From Paragordius varius (lineage: Eukaryota > Animalia > Nematomorpha): DNA of 64,000 nt. A program made the translations under genes and the position numbers. Below, in pieces: positions 1 through 11,000 of this stretch. The notes below the pieces were generated by a model, which was not told the DNA's origin, did no database searches, and worked only from the letters and a program-made list of their open reading frames with translations. Position 1 is the first letter of the stretch; every line of letters starts with the position of its first letter. Where the stretch lies: contig OZ176052.1 of assembly GCA_964247055.1 (NCBI GenBank), positions 1,612,001 through 1,676,000 of the forward strand, read 5' to 3'.

Positions 1-2095
1 ACGAAACAGCAAAAAGCTTTATTATTGATTAATAGCTGTGAAAAGCGAATCACATTACCCAAATAATATTTCTTTACTATCGAAATATATGTTATTTGGC
101 AATTAAGAAAAACTAGCAATGCATCTTTTACTCAAACTGTATACATCAAGGCTTTTTACTGTATTACGTTAAAAAATGATTAAATAGGTATATTACATAA
201 CTATAATTTCAATCGTCAAATTAGAATAACTCTTTCTTTAGCTTTAAAATAACAAAAAATTTAAAACCTTTCCCGTTCGCTTTTCTTTCGCCATTTCTCT
301 TCTTTCTAATCCAGAAAGTCATGATGAAAGTAAATAGTAATATTAGAGATAGTAAAATAAATTTAGAATATGTAAGTTGAAAATGAATCATATAATATGA
401 TTGTTGCTTAAATCTTATTCAATTATATTATTGATAATAATTTCATATATATAGGTTATGATATAGGAATATATTTAGTTAGATGGTTAATTTTTTTTAT
501 AGAGTGTCCATAAAAAATGTCAAATTTCAAAATAATACATGATGAGCAACAACCTTTTTTTAAATAAAAAAAAATTGTAATTCGAATCGACAGAGATTTC
601 TTTTACTCATAAATTGTGTTAGGTTAAGACTTAGTCTTAGCAAAATAATAGATCAGACAAGACACTAAAACCATTTAAAAAGATTTATTGGAGGCGTATA
701 ATTGACACATGGTGGGTTTTAGCCATGGGATTGAAAACTAAAAATTTTTGCCTTTATATCGGAATAAATAAAATAATTTTTAATCCATATGGTCTTCCAG
801 GAAGAAGCGTAAAAATTTGCCTTTAAAACATTTTTGTATCCATATAGTGTTATAGCTTATATAGCTTTAGCTTTATAGACCGTTATTTTCATATGGTGGC
901 CTATTCGATATAGGGTGGGACTCCAACCAGAGCATAATGCTAAAAAGGCGCTGTGCTTAAAATTTTAGCTTCATATAAAGAATATCTAAAAACCGTAATC
1001 TATTAACCTGTGCAAAATTGCTTGGTATTTATATTAAGACTTTATTATATTGAAAAAAATGTTATTTTATGGAGCGGAATAAAAATACATAAAAGTGGGC
1101 CGATTATAGACACATTAATAAAAAGTTATAAAATAAATATTGATTGCACGTTTTTCAGAATATTGTCTAAAAGACATGATTTTTGGAGACTTTATTTTTA
1201 AAAAATGCCTTTTTTCAGACTGTGTGGGCTTGATATAAAACGTGGCCTGATTACAGTCTAATTATAAATAAAAAAATAAAAATTTTCCAAGATATGGGCT
1301 TACACGTGTTCCGGAAAATTGTCTCAAAGACATTATTTTCATAGACCTATCTTTTTCAACCTTATTTTCACAAGTGTAAGGCTTAATGCATGGTCCATTC
1401 AAAAAAGTTGATCGACTATAATCGGCGATTTAAAATGAAGTAATCTTCTATTTTACAGGGTTTACGTGTTTTCCAGAAAATGTATAGCCAACATCCTATA
1501 TTCTTCGCGCCTAAAAAGCAGTTGACCCAATATCATGGCTATTTTTTGAGATATTTAATAAAAATGGCTAAGAGGGGAAAGCTATATCAAAAGTTATTAA
1601 AGTACCAAATTTGGTCCAAAAAGAAATTCACCATAAAATCCTGATGATTTTCTAAGACAATATAATTTATTATGTCATTTTTATGTCAATAGCAACTTTA
1701 TTCGCTTTTAGGCATTTTGTTCTATAATTTAAACTATCGGCTGGGTATATCAAAAAATATAACAATATAAGTCACGCTTGAAAAAAATATTATGATTACT
1801 ATTAGATTTTAACATCATCATAACATTTATCACTGCTTAAAATATTTATATTATAAATAGATTTTCGTGTAATCTTTACCTAAAATGTTTGATATATCAT
1901 TCAAAAATTTTCATATCTCCAGTTTTTTAACTTTTATAGCAGTGGTACTGGCACAGGCCCCGTACCGAATGTAACTCTGAAAATGCTTTTTATGGCCATA
2001 AATAATTTATTTAATATATGAGTAATACAATTGTGCAATATTTGTCGGTTAATAAGGTGTACGGCCCTAGACAGGGTAAATACTTTATTTGGCCT
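1..2095. repeat. ~2 kb non-coding dispersed repeat; reverse-complement copy at 50904-53077, third copy starting near 63957
   Basis: Position 1 (acgaaacagcaaaaagc) pairs with 53077 (gctttttgctatttcgt). Collinear anchors: 1946-1972 gtactggcacaggccccgtaccgaatg vs ~50981-51007, and 2044-2049 vs 50904-50909. 2053-2093 matches the reverse complement of 63957-63997. Diverged, with indels. Confidence 0.92.
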
Positions 2096-2227
2096 TTAAT
2101 AGTTTGTTAGTTAACTTTCTAGTGAAACCAGTAGTACTCATTAAAAAGATTATAGAGCTGCATAATATCTTGGTTTTAGGGCAATAGACTATATTATACC
2201 GATAGAAATGGAGGATATAAAATAAAA

Positions 2228-3500
2228 CCAGATGAAATATATATTAACATTTGGATACAACATATTCATTTTAGTCTTTAGATTCAAATTGGGGTAGTTG
2301 GATACCCCTGCCCTGTTTAAAATTAATACATTAAAAAATATAGGAACCGAAACCATGGCAAAAGTTTGCACTTATATATCATTAATCCAAAACAGAAAAA
2401 AAAATCATTCTAATACTGATATTACTTATTTTAAGGCAAAATTCTAAGATCATATGGCATTAGCTCAATATGAATAAAAAATAAACTACTTTTTCTGTTT
2501 CTATTGATGTTATATAAACTTTAAACAAAAAATAGCTAGAATTTTAGTTTTAAAATTAAATAATCACGTTATTTTGTAGAATAAAAATGGCGTCAAAGTT
2601 TGATTGGAACTTAAAAAAGTAAATTTTAATGAAATAGCCTTATCTTTATATATTTAGATAGAAGCATAGTTTTTACTACAGTGGTCAAAACTTTGGATAA
2701 TGAATTATTAATAATTAAACAGCTCACTTTAAATTCACGAATCAAAGACTCTCAAGTATAATCAAAATTTTATATTATCCTATTTAATAGATTTAACGAC
2801 TTGATAATTTTTTTAAAATAAGATTTTATTGTAAAATATGCCTAAAAGGCTATAAAATATATATATTCAAATTTAGCCCAATAAGATACTTTTTTGGGGG
2901 AATAAAATAACCTCAAGTAATATAGAGTTAGTCATGGCTGTGTTTTAAAATAAAAACCAGAAAAATTTGAAAATTGGAAATTTTAAAGAATTTTTATTTA
3001 ATTGTAAAAGCGATAATTTAAATGAGTTTTAACACTTCGATTTAAATTGTGATATCTAAATACCCCAGACTAAATTTGAGTTAGGATTATGTCAAACTAC
3101 TTCGACGCCATTTTTATTTTACAAAATTTTTGCAATCGTCCTCATTTTAAGGGTGAAATTAAAGCTAATTTTTTTAAATTACATCTAACATTGAGGAAGT
3201 AGAAAGAACGGTATATTTTGTATTATTTTTTAATTGTACCATAGCACACATGTCACGGTGACTAAAATATTACCTTTCGGTTTTAGCTTACAATAAATAA
3301 TATCAAGTATTTTTGAATGAAATTTTTTATATATTTCGGTTAATTAATGTTATATAACAAATTTTTGCCATGATTTCGATTTCCATATTTTTAAAAGAAT
3401 TTAATTTTAAAAAGGCCTGGGGTATTTAACCCTATTTGTACCGAAGGACTAAAATCAATGTGTTGTATCCAAGTGTTAACTTTAATAAATTATCATCTGT
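2228..3500. repeat. Long imperfect palindrome (arms ~2228-2610 and ~3085-3500) ending ~20 bp upstream of the SCO1 ATG
   Basis: 2244 attaacatttggatacaacatattcattttagtc vs revcomp of 3447-3480 gttaacacttggatacaacacattgattttagtc. 2342 ggaaccgaaaccatggcaaaa vs revcomp ggaaatcgaaatcatggcaaaa. 2581 ataaaaatggcgtcaaag vs revcomp of ~3101-3118. Confidence 0.85.
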
Positions 3501-3520
3501 GATAAACCCATTCATGTCAA

Positions 3521-4366
3521 ATGAATTTAATTTCAATCGCAAAATCCAGGAGTTTTAATTTACCGATTTATTCCGCTTTCAAATATAGATGTTATTGTCA
3601 AAGCAAAGATAAATCTTCACCTAACCCAAATAAAGATACGAAACCATTTGAACGCGTTGAATCTCCGCGTGAATCAAAAGACACTGCATTCCAGTTTTTC
3701 ACTTGGAGACGGCTTGTTTATGGCTTAGGAGGAGGCCTCATCATAGTTGCTGCTTTACGATATCTCAAATCCATAAAAGATGAACAAGTAGAAGAAGAAA
3801 GAAGGAAACATATGGGGAAAATGTTGATTGGTGGTGATTGGACGCTTACGGATCAAAATGGAAAGACGGTAACTAACAAAGATTTTATGGGTAAGTGGAT
3901 ACTATTGTATTTTGGTTTCACCCATTGTCCCGACATCTGTCCAGACGAAATGGAAAAAATGTGTAAAGCCGTTGACATAATCGACGAAGAAAACAAGAAA
4001 AATGGCACAAACAACGCTATAGAAATTGTCCCAATTTTCGTATCGGTAGATCCTGAACGTGACACGCCTGCAATCATTAAAAAATATTGTGCGGAGTTTT
4101 CACCAAAAATGGTTGGGCTAACCGGGACACCCGATCAAATTCAACACATGTCTAAAACGTTTCGCGTCTATTTTAGTAAAGGACCAATTGATAAAACTTC
4201 CAAAGAATACATTGTTGACCATACAATTATTACATATTTGATAGATCCAAAAAGTGAATTTGTCGATTATTATGGGCGGACCAAGACGGCAGAAGACATT
4301 GCAAATGGAATCAAAATACAAACTCTGAAATACAACAAAGCAAATAAACGATTTAGTTTTTTGTGA
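3521..4366 (+). CDS. SCO1: Mitochondrial copper chaperone SCO1/SCO2 (cytochrome c oxidase assembly), single exon
   Basis: 281-aa ORF with a basic targeting-like N-terminus, one TM (LVYGLGGGLIIVAAL), the YFGFTHCPDICPDE CxxxC motif, VSVDPERDT, and the copper-ligand His in YIVDHTII. SCO1 cannot be distinguished from SCO2 by eye. Confidence 0.97.
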   Translation: MNLISIAKSRSFNLPIYSAFKYRCYCQSKDKSSPNPNKDTKPFERVESPRESKDTAFQFFTWRRLVYGLGGGLIIVAALRYLKSIKDEQVEEERRKHMGKMLIGGDWTLTDQNGKTVTNKDFMGKWILLYFGFTHCPDICPDEMEKMCKAVDIIDEENKKNGTNNAIEIVPIFVSVDPERDTPAIIKKYCAEFSPKMVGLTGTPDQIQHMSKTFRVYFSKGPIDKTSKEYIVDHTIITYLIDPKSEFVDYYGRTKTAEDIANGIKIQTLKYNKANKRFSFL

Positions 4367-4442
4367 ATACATATAATATTTGTAAAAAATTTATTATTTT
4401 AACACTTCACAATTATATATATATATATAAATAAAGTCGTAG

Positions 4443-4837
4443 TTAATGATGTTTTCCGTCTTCAATAGTTTCAAATTTTCCTAAATTGTATATGGATAAT
4501 AAAATTTACTTTCATAGGCGTCGCGCTCAGCCCGCTTTTTAGCTTTAAATGCTGCGATGTTTGACGGACTCAGGGCTAAAATATTTAGAGCATAAATAAA
4601 CTTGCACTTTGAATCATTAATGCAACTCCAAAAGCAGGAATGAATCCATAGCACAAGTATCGATAAATTGGTAACTCATTGTAAAAAAATCTATATATAT
4701 TAAAATTAAATAGTTATCAACCTCCAAGGTATAAGCGCAAGACAATCAAAATAAGTATAAGGGTATCTTTTGGCTCTAAAGGGCCGCTTACGAATAGGCT
4801 GGGTAAAAGCTAATTTTACCAGATTCGGAGCTGACAT
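4443..4837 (-). CDS. Small single-pass membrane protein (~102 aa) resembling insect roh/CG30415-type proteins; 4 exons, introns of 31, 26 and 29 nt
   Basis: Exons 4837-4722, 4690-4602, 4575-4510 and 4480-4443 splice GT-AG in frame to MSAPNLVKLAFTQPIRKRPFRAKRYPYTYFDCLALIPWRFFYNELPIYRYLCYGFIPAFGVALMIQSATLSPSNIAAFKAKKRAERDAYERKFETIEDGKHH*. GC is elevated relative to flanks. The YPYT..A..P....RY...TM..SP.N...HH pattern is recalled from the roh family; the family call is unverified. Confidence 0.8.
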
Positions 4838-5025
4838 ACCGCAACCAAGTAGAAAAAATGCAAAATGCTGATAAAATAAAATCTTTTCAAAAAAAATTGG
4901 TCAAAAATTAATAAAATAAAAAAGAAAGATTAATTAGCGGCTTTATAAATAACAAAAAAATTGTATTTTCTAATTGTATTTTTTTTATTTTACAGTTATT
5001 TACAATTTGAAGATAGGTAAAAACC
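4838..5025. promoter_or_regulatory. 188-bp divergent (head-to-head) intergenic region, presumed bidirectional promoter
   Basis: ATG of the minus-strand gene at 4837 and ATG of UTP20 at 5026. Only poly-A/poly-T-rich sequence lies between them. Confidence 0.6.
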
Positions 5026-8000
5026 ATGCCTTCGCTTCAAAATACATTTAAGGTTTATAATTTGTAATTTATTAGTTTGAAAGCTTTAATGATCAAATTT
5101 CGAAGGTTAAAGTGGATATTATTAGTCAAAAAGACAATGCAAAAAGCATTTTAAACGAAGTTTATATTTATATAATTTTAAGGCTGAATCGTATTTGCTG
5201 GACGGTTTAGAAAAGTATCGGGAATTAAATTGTACTCTTGATTATGGTTAATTTTTTTTAAAATATTAAGCATCATTTTATATGGATCTAAAGCCATACA
5301 CCGGGAGTTATAATCATGTTGTGTATTATCAAGTTTAAGCAATAATATAATTTTCCAGAAAAATATCATCGATATATTTGTCCAACATTTATCTGTGAAT
5401 AATTTAGCCACAGAATCTATCTTAAAGTTTTTTTGTTTTTATAAACTAACTTTTTAGTGTCCTAATTGAGTTTGCAAGAGATTTACAAGCAGATTTTTGC
5501 AAATATTTCTTTGATCTTTTACCGCTCCTTATATGCAAAATTAAATGTTTATTAATTATGCGTAAATCTCGTTTTTCGGCAAAAACGCCACCAGATAAAA
5601 ATCAACAAATGAAGGAATACCAAACTGATGAATATATATTGACTCTACTTAAAGCCTTATTCATTACCCTGGCTTATTTTATGAAATATCTTTGGAGATA
5701 TATCCTACCGGATATCACCTTAGTGTTTGAGTAAAAATATTTTATTTTTTTAAGATTTTTTTTATTTTTTTTTAAATTTTTTTAAAAAATATTTTATAAT
5801 TATTTTGCCCCAAAATGTATGACAGATAATTAATCTACCTAAAGCATGGGTTGGACAACACGCGGTCTCGAGACTTATGCTCGCAAAAAATCTGGACATC
5901 TAAAATCAACATTTCTCAAATAATTTTTCTAATTTTTTCTATTCAATTTGAAAGAACTAGAAAGATTTTGCTATATTTGTTTGCCTTTTACAGTCTTATA
6001 GGTTAAATCTAATAAATTATATATGAATGTCGCTATCATTTCAAATGCGCCCCGCTAAGCCATTTCTGTTGGACTGCCCTCCCTGACTTTAAGGAATTAT
6101 TATTTTTTTAAACATTGCTTTTTAATATTGGCTTTTTTTAAGGATCCCATACGTGAATGAAAATACAAGATTTGATTTAGCAAACGTATGAATATATTAT
6201 TAACAAATAAAAAATTTATTAATAAAACTTATATTTCAATCATGTTAACATGTTTTATTTGTTAATAATATATTCATACACGTTTGCTAAATTAATTCTT
6301 GTATTGCTTTTTAACATTGGCTTTTTTTCTAGCAATTACAAGGGTATATTAATGGATGGAATGAATGTTCATGTCCATAGATTTGCTGCGGAAAGCTTTG
6401 GCTATTTAGCCCGAAAAGCTAAAGATTATTCCACTCTTATTACGCATATCATGGATTGTGCTAAGGTTTTGCCTTTTTTTACAAATATAATTTTGAATTT
6501 TTTTTAGTTTAATGAATTTGATCTAAAAAATTTGAAAAGATTTTTTTTTAAATACACTAACTAATAGATAATAATCAAATAATGGCACGCGAAATTATTA
6601 ATTTTTATGATATTGAATTCTATAGGTGTACCTTTTTTTGGTGTTTTTTGCTAACAGTTGATTTATGAATACAATATAAAACTTTTGTTAAGAAATATTC
6701 TTTTTTGTATTACTTAAATGTGTATTGCGAAGTTTGGCTAATTTTATTTTAGTTTTTTTTTACCTTATAATAATTTTATTTTATTTTTTTTTACAGTTTT
6801 TTTAGTGGAGAATAAAATTTTATAAAAAAATTACAGTTAAAAATGTGATTGTGAATGTGTATGCAAAGAATTTTTATAATTTTTTTCGCTTTTAATATGT
6901 TTTAAAATTCTAATTCGCATAAAAAAATTGTGGTTTTAAATTTTGCCCCCAAAAAATATTTTAAATAAAATTTATTGATGTATAAATAATTTACATATAA
7001 TATAATTTTTTATTTTGTTTCGATATCATATAATAAATAATTTAACAAATTTTATTAAATATTTTAATAACATTCTACTTATTATATATATTATAATCTT
7101 TGAATATGTTGTATAGCAAGAATATTTTAATCCACAATTCAGTGCTTTGTGTGATGGCATTGTGGCTTTATTTGTTGAAATAATCGTTGGGGTTAATTCC
7201 ACTTTTCACAATCGTGGCATACAGGTAAGGGTTTAATTTTAAAATTTATTTTTTATTTAAAAAATTTTTGTTTTAAAAATTTAAAGTTTTTTATTCTGTT
7301 GCTCCTTTTTATATTTGGAAATTTTGGTGAAAAATAATGTTTTTATAACTATATGTATTGTGAAAAAATATATTTACAATTTTTGTTTCTAGGTATTTAA
7401 GTTATATGCGTAATTATTTCAATCATTAAATTTTACTTATATAGGAATTATCTGAATTCAAATTCAATCATATTTAAAAGATAAATTATCGATTACTATA
7501 AGTTGTTTATGTCAAAAATAAAAATTAATAAAATTTAAATATATACACTAAATTAGAAATGAAATTTTAATAAAATATTTTTGTTATATTATTATAAGAG
7601 ATTTTTTTAATTTAACATATATATAAAGGTTTTAGACGCGATTTTCCAATATTTTATGACTGAAAATTATGTTGTTGATGTTGATGATAACGCCAATATA
7701 AATGGAATTTCGTCTGAAATTTCGTCTGAAAATTATTCTGAAAAAATTTCTAATGCTCAAAATAATGATAATAAATCTAATTCTAATGCCATGTATAATT
7801 GTTCATCTACCAATATAATTATATCTAAACTTATGAGTAGCCTTTTAACTTCTATAACAGAACCTAACACTCAACCTTTGTGGGAATTGTTTAGGGTTAG
7901 TATTTCTAAAATCAAATATTTTTTTAATTATTTTAATTATGAAATTTTATTTAATAATTTTTATAACGTTTTTGTTATCATTTTCTTATCTTTCTAATTT

Positions 8001-11000
8001 TATTTATTTTATTAAATTTAATTTTATTCATATATATTATTCAACTATTATGTATTTTGAATAATTAGTTAGATTTATTAATATATTATTAACTTAATTT
8101 GCATTAATATATTAATATTTTTTATTAATCATAAATTTTTATTTTTGATATACATTTTTTTTCAATAATTTTATATTTTTTCCTAATATATATATATATA
8201 TAATTTTTTCAATATATATATTTTTATTATATTATTTTTTTTATGTAATTTTTATATTTTAGATTTATATGAACCAACTCAATATTTATAATGATATTCA
8301 CAAATGGATTTACTTGCTGGATACTGTCAACTATTTACTTGACTATTACACAAAACCATATATTACGCAGTTTCATAATAAAATTTCCCAAAATGTTTTG
8401 GCAGAAATTATTAAGGTACTCTTTTAAATTATTTTTTAAACATTTCCCTTAAAGTTGGTCTTTTGTCCTTAAATTCACCCTTGAACAATTCAAATTCACC
8501 CTAATTGTATGTTTTTTAGGATTAAAAACTACTTTTATTTTATAATATTTTTAGAATATCAAATTATGGTTCAAATTAATATAATGCTGAAAAAATTTTA
8601 AACTATGTCATAAAAATATATTTCATATTACATAATGATGAGTTCTATTATCCCGAAAACACATAATTTATTTTTAGGGTGATATTTGAATTGTTCAAGG
8701 ATAAATTTGAATCGTAAATGGTATATATTATATTTACCAATTTTAAGCGATAATATCTTTTTTTTACAACAATCTTTTTCACTGTAAAAGCTTTTTGTTG
8801 GTTCTGTTTGATTTTTTAAAAATATATATGAAAAAAGGTTTTTCCAACCAAAAATATATACGTTTTCCAGGTTATTTATTACAAACAAATTTAATTATGA
8901 TTGATTATTCAAATATGCGGTTGTTTAGTTAGTCGCGTAGGATTCTTAATCTTCATAAAAAAGCGTTCTAAATCCAAGACGATCTTGAGACTTTTGAATT
9001 CTTTAGGAGAGGGTAAGGTTAGTAACTGTTTAAATTATATCAAGAAACCCTTTTTTGGGCGGCCTCTTTGGTGACTACCATCAATTCAAGCAGAATGTTT
9101 CTTTCCAGGGAATTGGATCGAAGAATATGGCCTAGATATTTTATTAATTGCTTGTAGATCACCAGATCATAAAGTAATAATTCTGGTTTTTGGAAGTTTA
9201 GTATGTATGAATGAAATATATATGTCGGTCCTCCACGAAATACCCAAAATTTTCCAGAAACATCACATTTAAAATGAGTTGATGTTGGCTTTGTCGGTGG
9301 ATTTACATGCGCATGACCTAGACCCATGAAACTTACTTCGAATGTAAATCTATTTAAGAGATAATTCATGTCCGGATGAGATTCAATCAAGCGAACCTTA
9401 TCATTAGCGGATCGGAGATTGCATACAGTAAGTCCACCAATGCGCGCGCTCCAATATGTTGAGGAAATTCACAATTCCGAATTAAAGTTTCAGTGAATAA
9501 ATTAAATAGTAGGGTAGAAAGGACACATTCTTGTCTTACATTTCTAAGGATAGGGAACCAGTCGGTGGGACTCTATTGTGTTTTGATTGCACCTGTTTGC
9601 TTATTATACAAAACAAAACGATTCCAATAAAAGTATATGTTGAATGAAACTCTGGAAGATTTGTTGACTGTGTCAAATGCCATTCTGAAATCCAAAAAAC
9701 AGCTGTCCAAACCTTTACCGAATTCATTATCTCTGTTCCTAGTGTTTCGCTTTGAGATCTAAATACAGCTTGTACATTAGAAATTTTATAATCAAATGTG
9801 AACAGGTATTCACAAAAACAACAATATGACTGAATACCGTAATCTAAATTTGTGCAATTCAAAAGGCCATTTAGAAAGACACTAACGAACACTCTCTTGC
9901 GATTTGGAAAGACTTACTTGCTAGTGAGCTAAATATACAAAAATTACATTTTTTAGTCCCTCACTCACATAATCTTGGGAGCATAAGTAGACAACGTAAT
10001 ATTAATTAAAAACAAAAAACATGATATATTACACGTTCGGGGTGGGGGGAATTTTGAGCTTTTTGTTTATTGTGATGTCTAGGCTATTCGACATTCTTAT
10101 ATTCACCCTTATCTGAATGCTTCTGAACTCGCCCTTAATTAAGTGGACGAAGTTTTAATTGCCGATTTCGATATTGCATATAAATCTATAAAATATTATT
10201 AAATAAGGCAATTCATTTGTTTTCTTATAACAGAAAAAAAGTTCCACCTTAATAAAAAAGTATATAATATTTTGAAATAATTGGATAAAAGGATGAAAAG
10301 AATCCTGACAATATGATTGCGGTAAGGATTTTAAATGTTCAAGGACTAATATGATATTTAAATAATATATAAAAATCTGTAAAATTAATAAATTAAACCA
10401 ATTATGTATTATTTCTCTAGCTATATGAATTGATTAATGCCCAAATTTTATCAATGGACGCTAAAATCTTGACGTATCAAGATAAGAATTTGCCAACAAA
10501 GGAGTGTTCCCAAGAATTTTTGAATGTTTCAATACATTTTCAAATAATTATTTCTGACATTTTATACGTTACGAAGACTAAAAATATGGAAGCAGAAAGG
10601 GAAAACAATAACGATACAGTCAATAACTATGAAAAAATGGTGAGTTGATTTTTAAAATTTATTTAAAATTAATTTGAATAAATTGTTTTTAATATGTTTT
10701 TCATTAACCTTAATTATATCTTTAGGTTAACGAAATCCTTAAATACTTGTCAACGTTATTATATGGGGATAATAATGAGAATTTATCAATTTATTTACCC
10801 TATTATACTTATATCACGCAATCTAAACAATCCTTATTTTTCCATCAAGTAAATTTTAATTATATTTCAAAAAAGAATTTAATTTTTAACATATTTTTTA
10901 CCAAAATTAGAAACATTTATCCAATTATTTGAAGAATGTTGAACAAATTTTACCCCAAGATATGGAATTTAAACGAGATTGTTTTCAGCAACATAAAATT

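Noticed and set aside
2296-2310. gttggatacccctg as an hAT terminus
   Set aside because: It lies inside the left arm of the 2228-3500 palindrome and has no partner end or TSD.
3853-4372. Minus-strand ORFs 3853-4077 and 4118-4372
   Set aside because: Antisense shadows of SCO1 with no recognisable motifs. The same applies to 18097-18336, 33913-34158, 42248-42532 and 45955-46176 opposite real exons.
5026-5457. Non-standard genetic code (ciliate-like) as an alternative to mini-introns
   Set aside because: Most of the inserts are non-3n and must be removed to keep frame. Genes end in TGA and TAA, and long exons contain no in-frame stops.
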